A model generated the notes under the pieces. The model was not told the origin of the DNA and ran no database searches. It saw only the letters and a list, made by a program, of their open reading frames with translations. The translations under genes and the position numbers were made by a program. A stretch of DNA of 23,919 nucleotides from assembly GCA_050261115.1 (NCBI GenBank), contig JBLNCY010000035.1, positions 1 to 23,919 on the forward strand. Direction: 5' to 3'. Positions 7,914 to 19,125 of this stretch are shown here, piece after piece (position 1 is the stretch's first letter; every line of letters starts with the position of its first letter). The stretch is from Methanocella sp. GTDB taxonomy: Archaea > Thermoproteota > Bathyarchaeia > Bathyarchaeales > Bathycorpusculaceae.

Positions 7914-8260
7914 TTTGGAGCCTCAGCAACCTCAAAGGTTGTGCCGCAGTATGGGCACTTAACATATGGGACACCCTGAGTTATTTTGATTTGGTCTGCA
8001 CTGATGCTGCCGCCGCAGTTGGGGCACTTAATCGGAGCCGCTGTCATCTGCCCCGAAAGCTCTAGGCGCTGCACGATGGTTTTTGGGCGTCGGTTGAGGT
8101 ACCAGACCACGGCAACCACCGCTAAACCGATTACAAAAAGAATCCCGCTGACCGCTAACCTTGAAGTGGTCGCCTGCACAGAAGCAGCTAATCCAAAGAT
8201 TACGGCAAAAAAGAAGCAGATTGCCGCGATTACGCCGCCGATAATAGTAGTTAGTTTCAT
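7907..8260 (-). CDS. Small two-TM membrane protein with C-terminal zinc ribbon
   Basis: Two hydrophobic helices, then CPNCG...CPYCG; its stop overlaps the next gene's ATG by 7 bp (ATGGTAA). Confidence 0.75.
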   Translation of the reverse strand: MKLTTIIGGVIAAICFFFAVIFGLAASVQATTSRLAVSGILFVIGLAVVAVVWYLNRRPKTIVQRLELSGQMTAAPIKCPNCGGSISADQIKITQGVPYVKCPYCGTTFEVAEAPKW

Positions 8261-8282
8261 AAACTTGCTTGGTAGGCTGGAA

Positions 8283-8290
8283 GATTTAAA
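8283..8290 (-). promoter_or_regulatory. Putative TATA box for a leaderless transcript of the Zn-ribbon/Cys-tail/radical SAM operon
   Basis: TTTAAATC on the minus strand ending about 23 nt upstream of ATG 8260, in the region divergent from mvk. Confidence 0.4.
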
Positions 8291-8458
8291 CTTAATCCAA
8301 ACTAGCCAAAGAGTTAACTGCTATAAACAACGGAAGGGCTGTTCAGAGCAAAACCTCTACTTTAGCAGCGATTGTTACAGATAGCTCATCTGGGGGTTAA
8401 GCGAAACGAAGGTTTTTATCCCCCCATCCCCGCTAAGCTACCAACAGAAGGAATCTCC

Positions 8459-9403
8459 ATGGGTAAAGGATCAGGATATGGAAAAGTCATCCTATTCGGC
8501 GAACACTTCGTCGTACACGGCGTACCCGGCATAGTCTCCGCAATAGACTCCTCAACAGATGCTATAGTAACAAAAGCCACAAGCGGACAAACCGTCAAAG
8601 ACGACCGCAAAACCGCCAAAGGCTACAGCGAAGAAAAACGCCTCCAACAAATCGAATCCATCGAACGCATGCTAAAAGCAATGGACCTCGACCCCAAAAC
8701 GCCACTTGACATCTGGATCGGCGGCTCACTTCCCGGCTTCAGCGGACTGGGCGCCTCTGCAGCCTCAAGCGTCGCCATTGCCAGAGCCATCTCTGAAGAA
8801 CTCAACTTAAACCTCTCCAACGAGAAAATCAACGCTGTCGCATACGAGGGTGAAAAAGCCTACGCGGGCAACCCCAGCGGCATCGACAACACCGCAGCCA
8901 CATACGGCGGCGTCATGTGGTTTGTAAAGAACCCTGCGGGCGGCCAAGACCTAGTCGAACGCGTTAACCTAAAAGAGCCCGTTGAAATCGTCATCGGCAG
9001 CACTGGCAAAGTTGCTAACACCAAAGCCATGGTTGAAGGCGTCGCGGAACGCAAAAAAGCCAACCCAGCCAAATATGACCCCCTCTTCAAACAAGCCGAA
9101 ACCCTCGCAATAGAAGGCCGCAAAGCCCTCGAAGCAGGCGACCTTAGAAGAGTCGGCGAACTCATGAACGAAAACCACCGCATCCTCCAAGAAATCGGCG
9201 TGTCCAGCAAAGAACTCGACCTACTCGTCGACATGGCCCGCAAAGAGGGCGCGTTGGGCGCCAAGTTGACTGGCGGCGGAGGTGGAGGGTGCATGGTTGC
9301 CTTAACCCCCGGCAAAGAACTGCAAGACAGAGTAGCCAACACCTTCAAAAACGCAGGCTACGAGTTCATCGCAACAAAAATCGGCATAGTTTGCCAACAA
9401 TAG
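8459..9403 (+). CDS. mvk: Mevalonate kinase (GHMP family)
   Basis: GKVILFGEHFVVHG, PGFSGLGASAA, NPSGID and AKLTGGGGGG motifs; start moved to ATG 8459, just before motif I. Confidence 0.92.
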   Translation: MGKGSGYGKVILFGEHFVVHGVPGIVSAIDSSTDAIVTKATSGQTVKDDRKTAKGYSEEKRLQQIESIERMLKAMDLDPKTPLDIWIGGSLPGFSGLGASAASSVAIARAISEELNLNLSNEKINAVAYEGEKAYAGNPSGIDNTAATYGGVMWFVKNPAGGQDLVERVNLKEPVEIVIGSTGKVANTKAMVEGVAERKKANPAKYDPLFKQAETLAIEGRKALEAGDLRRVGELMNENHRILQEIGVSSKELDLLVDMARKEGALGAKLTGGGGGGCMVALTPGKELQDRVANTFKNAGYEFIATKIGIVCQQ

Positions 9404-9427
9404 AAGAAAAAGGGGCTTTTTAGCCCT
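9404..9427. terminator. Possible bidirectional terminator between convergent mvk and katG
   Basis: GGGCT-TTTT-AGCCC mini-hairpin (9413-9426) preceded by an A-run (a U-run on the katG strand). Confidence 0.35.
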
Positions 9428-9438
9428 ATGCACTATTT

Positions 9439-11670
<2,232 letters not shown>

Positions 11671-11714
11671 TTAAAACAGCCAATTTACCCGCATAAAAAA
11701 TTCAGCCTTGAAGT

Positions 11715-12176
11715 TCAAGGATTACCTAACTTTGCTGAACCCTTTTTTCGGACTATCCTTGCTAGCCCAGCTATAACTAAGACAGCTATACTAACAGCCA
11801 TTGCAGCGATGCTTACAGGGTAAATTACCGCCAAATGTAATGGCGGCGCAGTATCTACGAATGCCACGTTAATCTGATAGAAACTACCATTCACTTCTAT
11901 GTTGCTTGTGCCATGCTTTCTGATTAAGGAGACGATTTCTGTTTCGTCTTGCTTAACAATGAAGTGTTCTCCCGGGCTAGATATCGCTTGGTAGACTACG
12001 CTGTCTCGGTTATCAAGGGCGAAAAAAGCAGGAGGTTCCTCTTCGAGTGCATGCGCTTGAATACTGTACGCCGGCCAGTGAGTCCCTCTAGTTATAAAAG
12101 GATAGGCGGCAAACAAAGCTGCCGACACAATCAGTACTATCAATACCCCAACGGCTACTTTGGTAGTAGTATCCAC
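11715..12176 (-). CDS. Hypothetical membrane protein (N- and C-terminal TM helices around a small soluble domain)
   Basis: 153-aa ORF, GTG start, two clear hydrophobic helices and a basic C-terminal tail; fills the gap between katG and the UbiD gene. Confidence 0.6.
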   Translation of the reverse strand: MDTTTKVAVGVLIVLIVSAALFAAYPFITRGTHWPAYSIQAHALEEEPPAFFALDNRDSVVYQAISSPGEHFIVKQDETEIVSLIRKHGTSNIEVNGSFYQINVAFVDTAPPLHLAVIYPVSIAAMAVSIAVLVIAGLARIVRKKGSAKLGNP

Positions 12177-12302
12177 CCTTTTCCACCAATCCCATGTTAG
12201 AGACTTCTTTGTTTAAGCCTTGCGCCAAAAAAGCGTTGGGCGGCGTGTTTTCCAAAAGCTATAAACTCATAGTATGCTACAGTGAAGCTAAGGTGAACCA
12301 AT

Positions 12303-13619
12303 TTGACCCTAAGAGGCTTCATAGAGGAACTCCAAACCAAAGGCGAATTAACCAAAATCACCAAGCCTGTCTCGGTCGAGTATGAAATGGCAGGCATCAT
12401 CGCCGCCAATGGCGAAAAACCCATCTTCTTTGAGAACATAAAGGAATCCAGCGTCCCCGTAGTTGCGGGGCTAGTTTCCTCCAAAGAACTCATCTGCCGC
12501 AGCATGGGTATAACCAAAGAGCAGCTCTTACCCAAAATGCTTGACGCCATCGAGCACCCAGTCGCACCCAACATTGTAACAGAGGCGCCATGTCAAGAAG
12601 TTGTCGAGTTAGGTGCAGATGTGGACTTAACTAAGCTGCCCATAATGCGCTACACCAACCAAGACGGCGGCCGATACATTGCCTCAGCGGTCTCCATAGT
12701 CAAAGACCCCCAAACCGGCAACCGAAACATGTGCTTCCACCGCTTAATGCTAAAAGACAAAAACCACTTCATAGCACGCATCGTAGAGCACCGGGGCACC
12801 GACACCGTTTTAGCTAAAGCAGGCGGCGAACTTGACATCGCCATATGCCTTGGCAACTCAACCGCCACCCTATTAGCAGCGGCAACTACTATGCCGATGG
12901 GCGTAGACGAATTAGGCATGGCAAACGCGCTTGAGCGAACCGACCTTGTGAAATGCAAAACCGTTGACATCGAGGTTCCAGCCGACGCCGAATTCGTGTT
13001 CGAAGGCAGAATCACCAAAGAAAAAGCCACCGAGGGCCCCTTCCTTGACTTAACAGGCATCGTGGACCGAACCCGCCAGCAACCCGTCATAGAAATCAAA
13101 TGCGTCACGCACCGCAAAAACCCCATATACCAAACAATTCTGGCGGGCCGAAACGAGCACAAGTTCCTCATGGGCATGCCCAAAGAACCCACCATCTACA
13201 AAGAAGTCGGCAAAGTCTGCCAAGTAAAAGACGTCTACATCACCCCCGGCGGATGCAGCTGGCTACACGCAGTCGTACAAATCAAAAAACAGAATCCCGA
13301 TGACGGAAGAAAAGCCATAGACGCCGCCTTCAAAGGCCACGGCTCACTCAAACACTGCGTCGTCGTAGACGAAGACATCAACATATACGACCCCCAAGAC
13401 GTGGAATGGGCGATCGCCACCCGCTTCCAAGCCGACAAAAACGCCGTCATCCTCCCAAACCAGCCCGGCTCATCACTGGACCCCTCAGGCGACCTCTCGG
13501 AGGGCAAAAAAGCCACAACCGCCAAAGCAGGCCTCGACGCCACCGCACCCTTAGTCAGCACCGGCAAAGGGTTTAGTAAAGTGGATTACGTAAAAGTTGA
13601 CTTAAACAAGTTCCTCTAG
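12303..13619 (+). CDS. UbiD-family prFMN-dependent decarboxylase; probable anhydromevalonate phosphate decarboxylase
   Basis: UbiD motifs FHRL, EGPFLD, VVVDEDINIYD, WAIATRFQAD, SSLDPS; GGTGA RBS before TTG; operon with the two aconitase-X subunits. Confidence 0.88.
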   Translation: MTLRGFIEELQTKGELTKITKPVSVEYEMAGIIAANGEKPIFFENIKESSVPVVAGLVSSKELICRSMGITKEQLLPKMLDAIEHPVAPNIVTEAPCQEVVELGADVDLTKLPIMRYTNQDGGRYIASAVSIVKDPQTGNRNMCFHRLMLKDKNHFIARIVEHRGTDTVLAKAGGELDIAICLGNSTATLLAAATTMPMGVDELGMANALERTDLVKCKTVDIEVPADAEFVFEGRITKEKATEGPFLDLTGIVDRTRQQPVIEIKCVTHRKNPIYQTILAGRNEHKFLMGMPKEPTIYKEVGKVCQVKDVYITPGGCSWLHAVVQIKKQNPDDGRKAIDAAFKGHGSLKHCVVVDEDINIYDPQDVEWAIATRFQADKNAVILPNQPGSSLDPSGDLSEGKKATTAKAGLDATAPLVSTGKGFSKVDYVKVDLNKFL

Positions 13620-13627
13620 TGATCATC

Positions 13628-14827
13628 ATGGAGTTAACACCTCAAGAGCAAGCAATGCTGGATGGCAAAGAAGGCTACGCCGTCCGGAAAAGCATGGAAA
13701 TCCTCGTCGCGCTCGGCGAGATTTTCGGCGCAAAACGCCTAATCGACGTCAGTTCGGTGCAAGTTGCAGGCGTTTCCTATCACAACCTGGGAGATGCAGG
13801 ACTGGAATTCCTCAATTCTCTGGCAGCAGACGGAAAAGTCAAAGTCCTAACCACACTCAACCCTGCAGGAATGGACCTTGAGAACTGGCAGCAGCTAGGC
13901 ATCACGCCAGAGTTCGCTGAGAAACAGAACCAGGTTATAGATGCGTTTGAGCGTATGGGTATCCTCGTTAGCTGTACCTGCACGCCTTACCTTATCGGTA
14001 ACCTACCCCTATACGGTGAACACGTCGCATGGTCAGAAAGCAGCGCCGTAACCTTTGCCAACTCGGTCTTAGGCGCACGCACCAACCGCGAAGGCGGCCC
14101 CTCAGCTTTGGCGGCGGCGTTTGTGGGTAAAACTCCCTGCTACGGCTTGCACCTCGACGAAAACCGCATCCCAGACATCCACATCCAAGTAAACGCACAA
14201 CTAAGTAAGCTCTCGGACTGGGGCGCACTGGGCTATGCAATCGGCAAGAAAGCTGAAAACAAAATCCCCTACATCACAGGCATCAAAAAAGCTGAGCTAG
14301 ACGAGCTGAAAAGCTTCTGTGCTTCAGTCGTAACCTATGGCGCTAAGCCCCTCTTTTACATAAAAGGCATCACACCAGGCGCAGAGCTCCAAACCCAGCC
14401 CACGAACACGGTAACCATTGAGGATGCAGATCTCAAAAACGCCTACGATAACATCAACGACGACGTAAGCGACATTGACTTTGTCTGCGTCGGCTGCCCC
14501 CACTGCTCGATTAAAGAGATACAGGAAATCGCCGAGCTCATCAGAGGCAAAAAAGTCAAAGACGGCGTCGAACTCTGGGTAGCAACCAGCAGAACAGCCA
14601 AGCAACTATCGGACAAACGCGGCTACACCGCCATCATCGAGGCGGCAGGCGGAAAATTCGCATGCGACACCTGCATGGCCGTAGCCCCCCTCAAAGGCAG
14701 ATTCAAAGCCCTAGCAACCACATCGGCGAAGGGATGCTTCTATAGCCGCCAGAATCTAATGAAAACAAAGATGGGCAGTATGAAGGAATGTGTTGAAGCA
14801 GCGGTGAGTGGAAAATGGAACAGCTAA
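13628..14827 (+). CDS. Aconitase X catalytic subunit; probable phosphomevalonate dehydratase large subunit
   Basis: [30 protein letters not shown] and CDTCMAV (Fe-S ligand motifs); ATG 13628 preferred over GTG 13619. Confidence 0.88.
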   Translation: MELTPQEQAMLDGKEGYAVRKSMEILVALGEIFGAKRLIDVSSVQVAGVSYHNLGDAGLEFLNSLAADGKVKVLTTLNPAGMDLENWQQLGITPEFAEKQNQVIDAFERMGILVSCTCTPYLIGNLPLYGEHVAWSESSAVTFANSVLGARTNREGGPSALAAAFVGKTPCYGLHLDENRIPDIHIQVNAQLSKLSDWGALGYAIGKKAENKIPYITGIKKAELDELKSFCASVVTYGAKPLFYIKGITPGAELQTQPTNTVTIEDADLKNAYDNINDDVSDIDFVCVGCPHCSIKEIQEIAELIRGKKVKDGVELWVATSRTAKQLSDKRGYTAIIEAAGGKFACDTCMAVAPLKGRFKALATTSAKGCFYSRQNLMKTKMGSMKECVEAAVSGKWNS

Positions 14828-15201
14828 AAGGAAGAATAATTTACAAAGGCCAAGCCGAAGCAGTAGCGCTTGTCACGTCGATGCCGATTAGCTTCTATGG
14901 AGGCGTCGACCCCAACACCGGCGTCGTCATCGAAAAAGGGCATGAACTCAACGGGGTAAGCATCAAAGACAAAGTCCTGGTGTTCCCCCAGGGCAAGGGC
15001 TCAACCGTGGGCAGCTATACGCTTTATCGCCTAAAAAAGAACGGCGTCGCCCCAGCAGCCATGATAAATAAGGAAACCGAGACCATCGTAGCAGTCGGCG
15101 CCATCATCAGCGAAATACCCTTTGTCGACAAAATCGACCTTAGCAAAATCAAAACAGGCGATAAGGTCACGGTCAAAGAAGACACCGTAACCATAGCTTA
15201 A
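14815..15201 (+). CDS. Aconitase X swivel subunit; probable phosphomevalonate dehydratase small subunit
   Basis: ISFYGGVDP and [11 protein letters not shown] motifs; overlaps the large-subunit stop. Confidence 0.88.
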   Translation: MEQLKGRIIYKGQAEAVALVTSMPISFYGGVDPNTGVVIEKGHELNGVSIKDKVLVFPQGKGSTVGSYTLYRLKKNGVAPAAMINKETETIVAVGAIISEIPFVDKIDLSKIKTGDKVTVKEDTVTIA

Positions 15202-15217
15202 TTCCCCTTCTTTTCTT
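15202..15217 (+). terminator. Putative archaeal pyrimidine/U-rich terminator
   Basis: TTCCCCTTCTTTTCTT immediately after the stop of the last gene of the operon. Confidence 0.4.
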
Positions 15218-15313
15218 AAAATAATGCTGAAATGATTGAAGTTGGCATCCAGGTCAGCGCACGCTAGAGGAACCGCTTACACTCCAAAGAGGGACAGGTT
15301 TTGCGGCTGCGCG

Positions 15314-15353
15314 TTTCAAGTACAGGTTGAACCTATGGATGACTCTATATATA
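15314..15353 (+). promoter_or_regulatory. Intergenic motif copy A: TTTCAAG..AGGTTGAACCT..TGACTCTATATATA (palindrome next to a TATA-like run)
   Basis: Perfect inverted repeat AGGTT-G-AACCT adjacent to TATATATA; similar copy on the minus strand at 21608-21647. Confidence 0.45.
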
Positions 15354-15519
15354 ACAGAGGGGTTCCTTGGCAAGCAGACTATCAAAGAAAAAAAGACCAA
15401 ACGCTACTTTGGCGCAATAAATCAAGCCAGCCTAATCGGTGAACCATAACCTATAAACCATTACGTTTATATTGAAATCCATAGTTTTAGTGACTACTCG
15501 AATCAAGGAAATGTAGAAT

Positions 15520-15906
15520 ATGACCACTCACAGCAGCCTATACAAAAGAAAACCCACAGGCGGCAAAAAACGTGCTAACCGCACCAAGAAAATCTACGAA
15601 GCAGGCGGATACCCAGCAGAGACAGTCCTTGGCGAACCTAAACGCAAGATAGCTAAAACCAAGGGCGGAAACACCAAAATTAAGGCTCTAACCGAGAAAT
15701 TTGCCTCAGTTACCGACCCAAAAACTAACACAACCACAAAAACAACAATAGTCCGCGTTGTCCGCAACGGAGCAAACGTTGACTACAACCGCAGAGGCGT
15801 CATCACCAAAGGCGCAGAAATCGAAACTGCCTTAGGCCTCGCAAAAGTCACCAGCCGCCCAGGCAACGATGGCGTAGTAAACGCCGTTTTAGTAGGCAAA
15901 CAATAA
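15520..15906 (+). CDS. rps8e: 30S ribosomal protein S8e
   Basis: KRKPTGGK, KGGNTKIK, RRGVITKGAEIET and TSRPGNDGVVNAVL; 128 aa. Confidence 0.96.
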   Translation: MTTHSSLYKRKPTGGKKRANRTKKIYEAGGYPAETVLGEPKRKIAKTKGGNTKIKALTEKFASVTDPKTNTTTKTTIVRVVRNGANVDYNRRGVITKGAEIETALGLAKVTSRPGNDGVVNAVLVGKQ

Positions 15907-15960
15907 GCCTAAAAATTTCTTTCCTTTTAACTCCAACAACTTCCTGAAAAATAAGAAAAG

Positions 15961-16275
15961 CTAGCGTTTGCCCTGAACGGGTTGCTGCTGTTGCTTTATC
16001 CTAAAAAGCTGCTTTGCCAACTTTTCAATAACAGCTTCCTTGGACTCCTGCTTTTCAACAATCAACATACCCACTTTAGCCCACGGCGCACGCGGATACC
16101 GCGCCTCCAAGTTAACCTCGTTTTCCAACCCTAACTTGTCCGCAGCCATTTTGACCTCAACAATCTTGGGCGAAACGACCGCCAGGCTCCTATTCACGCG
16201 GCGTCCCTCCTTGCGGCTCTTATTCACATCAAAGTACACTGGCCAGATTATGACTTGATCATCAAGCTTACGCAT
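15961..16275 (-). CDS. srp19: Signal recognition particle 19 kDa protein
   Basis: IIWPVYFDVNKSRKEGRRV and YPRAPW motifs; ATG 16275 follows an AGGTGA RBS. Confidence 0.93.
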   Translation of the reverse strand: MRKLDDQVIIWPVYFDVNKSRKEGRRVNRSLAVVSPKIVEVKMAADKLGLENEVNLEARYPRAPWAKVGMLIVEKQESKEAVIEKLAKQLFRIKQQQQPVQGKR

Positions 16276-16284
16276 GCATCTCAC

Positions 16285-18036
16285 CTATTTCTGGGCATAG
16301 TAGGCAACCAGTTTCTCGCCAACTGCGTCTACCCGCACAAACCCGAACCGCTCAAATTGTATGATGTCATCTGGCTTTAACTTTTTGCAGGCAACCTCAG
16401 CAAACCCAACAACGGAGGTGGCATCCTGTTGAACCACTTCAGCGGAATACTCGGAGCCTCTGGGTATCCACTGGATTAGCTGAGCTTTGATTTTGCGCAC
16501 ATCCTCATATGACTCGCTGGTGTATACGGCGGAAACCGCCTTTTCGCTTATGGATTGGATTTGTATGTTGAACAGCTCCATAAGGCGCATAGTCTGACCG
16601 GCTTGCATCAATTTGGCATCGTTTCCAGATATCCAAAGGGTCGCAACTGAGTCGGCGCCTTGGGGCTGCACGGTGTATTCTCGGAAGCCCCGCTCCGGAT
16701 GCTCAGGATGCAGAGGCAACTTAGCCTCAAAGGTTTTTGGCAGCCCTGATACTTTTAGCTCAACTGGGTCTGCAACAAAGAAGTAGCGGTTGCTGGATGC
16801 ATCAAGGATTTTCCGGTTATGTGAGTAGAGAGTCTCCCAGCTTAGGGTTACGTCGTTGGGTTTTATGCCGACCTCGATAATCATTTTCTTGATGGCTTCA
16901 GGTTGGATACCGCGCTTCTTTAGAGCAGCAAACGTACCCAATCTGGGATCATCGAAATCAGTAAAGTCACCCTCTTGGATACCCGCGACAATCTTGGATT
17001 TTGAAAGAGCGGCACCAGTGATTTTTAGGCGGCCATAGTGTATGGCTTCGGGGTATTCCCAGCCAAGGTGTTGATACATGTATTTCTGACGCACCATGTT
17101 GGTGTAGTGCTCTTTGCCGCGGATGATATGGGTCATACCCATCAGGTGATCGTCAATACCCGCGGCTAGGTTATAGAGGGGCCAGAGGAAGTATTTGCTG
17201 CCGACACGCGGATGAGGATACTTCTTTGTATCTATAATTCTGAGTGCTGGCCAATCACGGATGGCGGGGTTAGGGTGATTGAGCTCGGTTTTTATGCGAA
17301 CAACTGCTTGGCCTTCCTGGTATCCACCTGAGAGCATCTTTTTCCATCGAGCCATCTGATCCGCAGCAGGCATGTTGCGGCAGGGGCAGGCTTCCTGTGC
17401 AAGAGCAGCCTTCCGGAACTCCTCAGGTGCACATTCACAAACATAGGCGTTCCCGTCGCCTACTAGCTTGCCGACAATTTCATAATAGATTTCTAGGCGG
17501 TCACTTTGGATGTATTCCTCGTCCCACTTGCAGCCGAGCCATTCAAGATCACGCTTGATAGCATCGTAGTATTCGAGGTGGGGTCTTTTTGTTTTGGGGT
17601 CGGTGTCTTCGAAGCGTAGGATGAATTTGCCGTTGTATAGGCGGGCGTACTCGTGGCTTAGCACTATAGCGCGGGCGGAGCCTAAATGCAAGACGCAGTC
17701 TGGGTTGGGTGAGAAGCGGGTAGTTATTGTCTTGTATTTGTCAGCGTTTGGCAGTGGGGGGAGTTTTTTCTCTTCCGTCTCAGGCTTTTTCTGCGTTTCA
17801 GGCCAGTTCTGGTCCACAATTGCTCTCTGCTCAGCAAGGGAGAGATTGTTAACTTCATTCACGACTTGGTTGATTATGACTGAGAGTTCTTTGACTTTGC
17901 TGCGGTACTCCGCTTTTTCGCCGAGGACTTTGCCAACCATGGCGCCTGCTTGCGCTTTACCACCATGACTTACTGCATTTAGCAGTGCGGCTTTACGGAT
18001 AAACTCGCGTAGTTCAGACTCGTTTTCTAGTGCCAA
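16285..18036 (-). CDS. gltX: Glutamate--tRNA ligase (archaeal type)
   Basis: TRFSPNPD..LHLGS (HIGH-like), LRFEDTDP, THIIRGKEH, LSKS (KMSKS-like), C-terminal QFERFGFVRVD. Confidence 0.96.
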   Translation of the reverse strand: MALENESELREFIRKAALLNAVSHGGKAQAGAMVGKVLGEKAEYRSKVKELSVIINQVVNEVNNLSLAEQRAIVDQNWPETQKKPETEEKKLPPLPNADKYKTITTRFSPNPDCVLHLGSARAIVLSHEYARLYNGKFILRFEDTDPKTKRPHLEYYDAIKRDLEWLGCKWDEEYIQSDRLEIYYEIVGKLVGDGNAYVCECAPEEFRKAALAQEACPCRNMPAADQMARWKKMLSGGYQEGQAVVRIKTELNHPNPAIRDWPALRIIDTKKYPHPRVGSKYFLWPLYNLAAGIDDHLMGMTHIIRGKEHYTNMVRQKYMYQHLGWEYPEAIHYGRLKITGAALSKSKIVAGIQEGDFTDFDDPRLGTFAALKKRGIQPEAIKKMIIEVGIKPNDVTLSWETLYSHNRKILDASSNRYFFVADPVELKVSGLPKTFEAKLPLHPEHPERGFREYTVQPQGADSVATLWISGNDAKLMQAGQTMRLMELFNIQIQSISEKAVSAVYTSESYEDVRKIKAQLIQWIPRGSEYSAEVVQQDATSVVGFAEVACKKLKPDDIIQFERFGFVRVDAVGEKLVAYYAQK

Positions 18037-18054
18037 AGCAATTACGCTCGCGTT

Positions 18055-19125
18055 TTACTTGTTGCGCCTTATCAAGAATTCGGCGAACGCTTTTAATTTT
18101 TCCTTAGCTTCAGGCGTGGGAAGTAGCTTATCTACCTCAATCCAACTGTCCACAACCATCTTCTCTGCCAACGCCTTAACATGCTCAAACGCACCGTATT
18201 TTTTGATGATTGCGATGGCTTCGTCGCGGAGTTTCTGGTCAAAAGTGTGCATACCAAGGATTTCAAGTAAACGCGCCCTATCGACATCGTTTGCTTTTTG
18301 CAGTGTATAAATGACTAGAAGGGATCGTTTGCCTTCGCTTATGTCGCCGCCGACACAGCCTTTGCTTTTAGCGAATTCCTCACCAGTTAAGTCTAGGATG
18401 TCGTCTTGCATCTGGAAAGCAACCCCGATACATTCCGCTAATCTCCCTAGCTTCTCGACTAGTTTGCCGTCGGCGCCAGCTAAAACAGCCGCCATCTTTG
18501 CAGACATCCTAGCCAAAGTACCAGTCTTATATGCGCACATCTGTAGGTAATCCTGTTCGCTAAGTGTGTCGGCGTTAGCGATGCCTCGGTGCCATGTAAT
18601 ATCCATAGCTTGGCCCATACTGAGGTTGATCATTTCCTGCACATAAATCTCATAGATGTCGCGTTGGGTCTCTGCAGAGAGTTTTTCACGATTAACCATG
18701 ATGGGCAGTAGCGGGAGGTAGTACATGGCGTTTCCAACGTTAATGGCTATGTCTGTGCCATAGATCTTGTAGCTGCAGGGTTTGCCTCTGCGTACTTCAG
18801 AGGAGTCTTCGATGTCATCGATTACGAGTGTCCCATTATGGATAACTTCAGGGATAATAGCAAAATCTATACAGAAATCATCATTTTTGCCAAGCGCCTC
18901 ACAAATCAGCAAAAACAGGGCGGGTCGCCAGCGTTTTCCGCCTCTATCAAGCATATCCCAGATTGGGTCTGCTATGGCTTTGTTGAGGGGTTCAAGGTTA
19001 TAACTGTACAAAGGTGGATTAACCTGAAAGAGAACCGAGTCCTTTGCGAATTTTCGGGGCAGGTACTTTTCGACTGCACGGTCAACTTTGGGAGCCGTTT
19101 CGTTTAGGAACTTTTCTATATCCAT
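18055..19125 (-). CDS. trans-Polyprenyl diphosphate synthase (probably GGPP synthase; chain length uncertain)
   Basis: GGKRWRP, first Asp-rich motif DDIED + RRGKP, GQAMD, KT, second motif QDDILD; ATG 19125 overlaps the fni stop (TAATG). Confidence 0.9.
   Translation of the reverse strand: MDIEKFLNETAPKVDRAVEKYLPRKFAKDSVLFQVNPPLYSYNLEPLNKAIADPIWDMLDRGGKRWRPALFLLICEALGKNDDFCIDFAIIPEVIHNGTLVIDDIEDSSEVRRGKPCSYKIYGTDIAINVGNAMYYLPLLPIMVNREKLSAETQRDIYEIYVQEMINLSMGQAMDITWHRGIANADTLSEQDYLQMCAYKTGTLARMSAKMAAVLAGADGKLVEKLGRLAECIGVAFQMQDDILDLTGEEFAKSKGCVGGDISEGKRSLLVIYTLQKANDVDRARLLEILGMHTFDQKLRDEAIAIIKKYGAFEHVKALAEKMVVDSWIEVDKLLPTPEAKEKLKAFAEFLIRRNK

Noticed and set aside
12303-13619. UbiD as a ubiquinone or aromatic-acid decarboxylase
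   Set aside because: The operon with both aconitase-X subunits amid mevalonate genes points to anhydromevalonate phosphate decarboxylase.
15224-15450. C/D-box sRNA, or the 68-aa ORF 15236-15442, upstream of rps8e
   Set aside because: Only a degenerate C-box-like ATGATTGA with no matching CTGA D box downstream; the ORF has no RBS or recognisable features.
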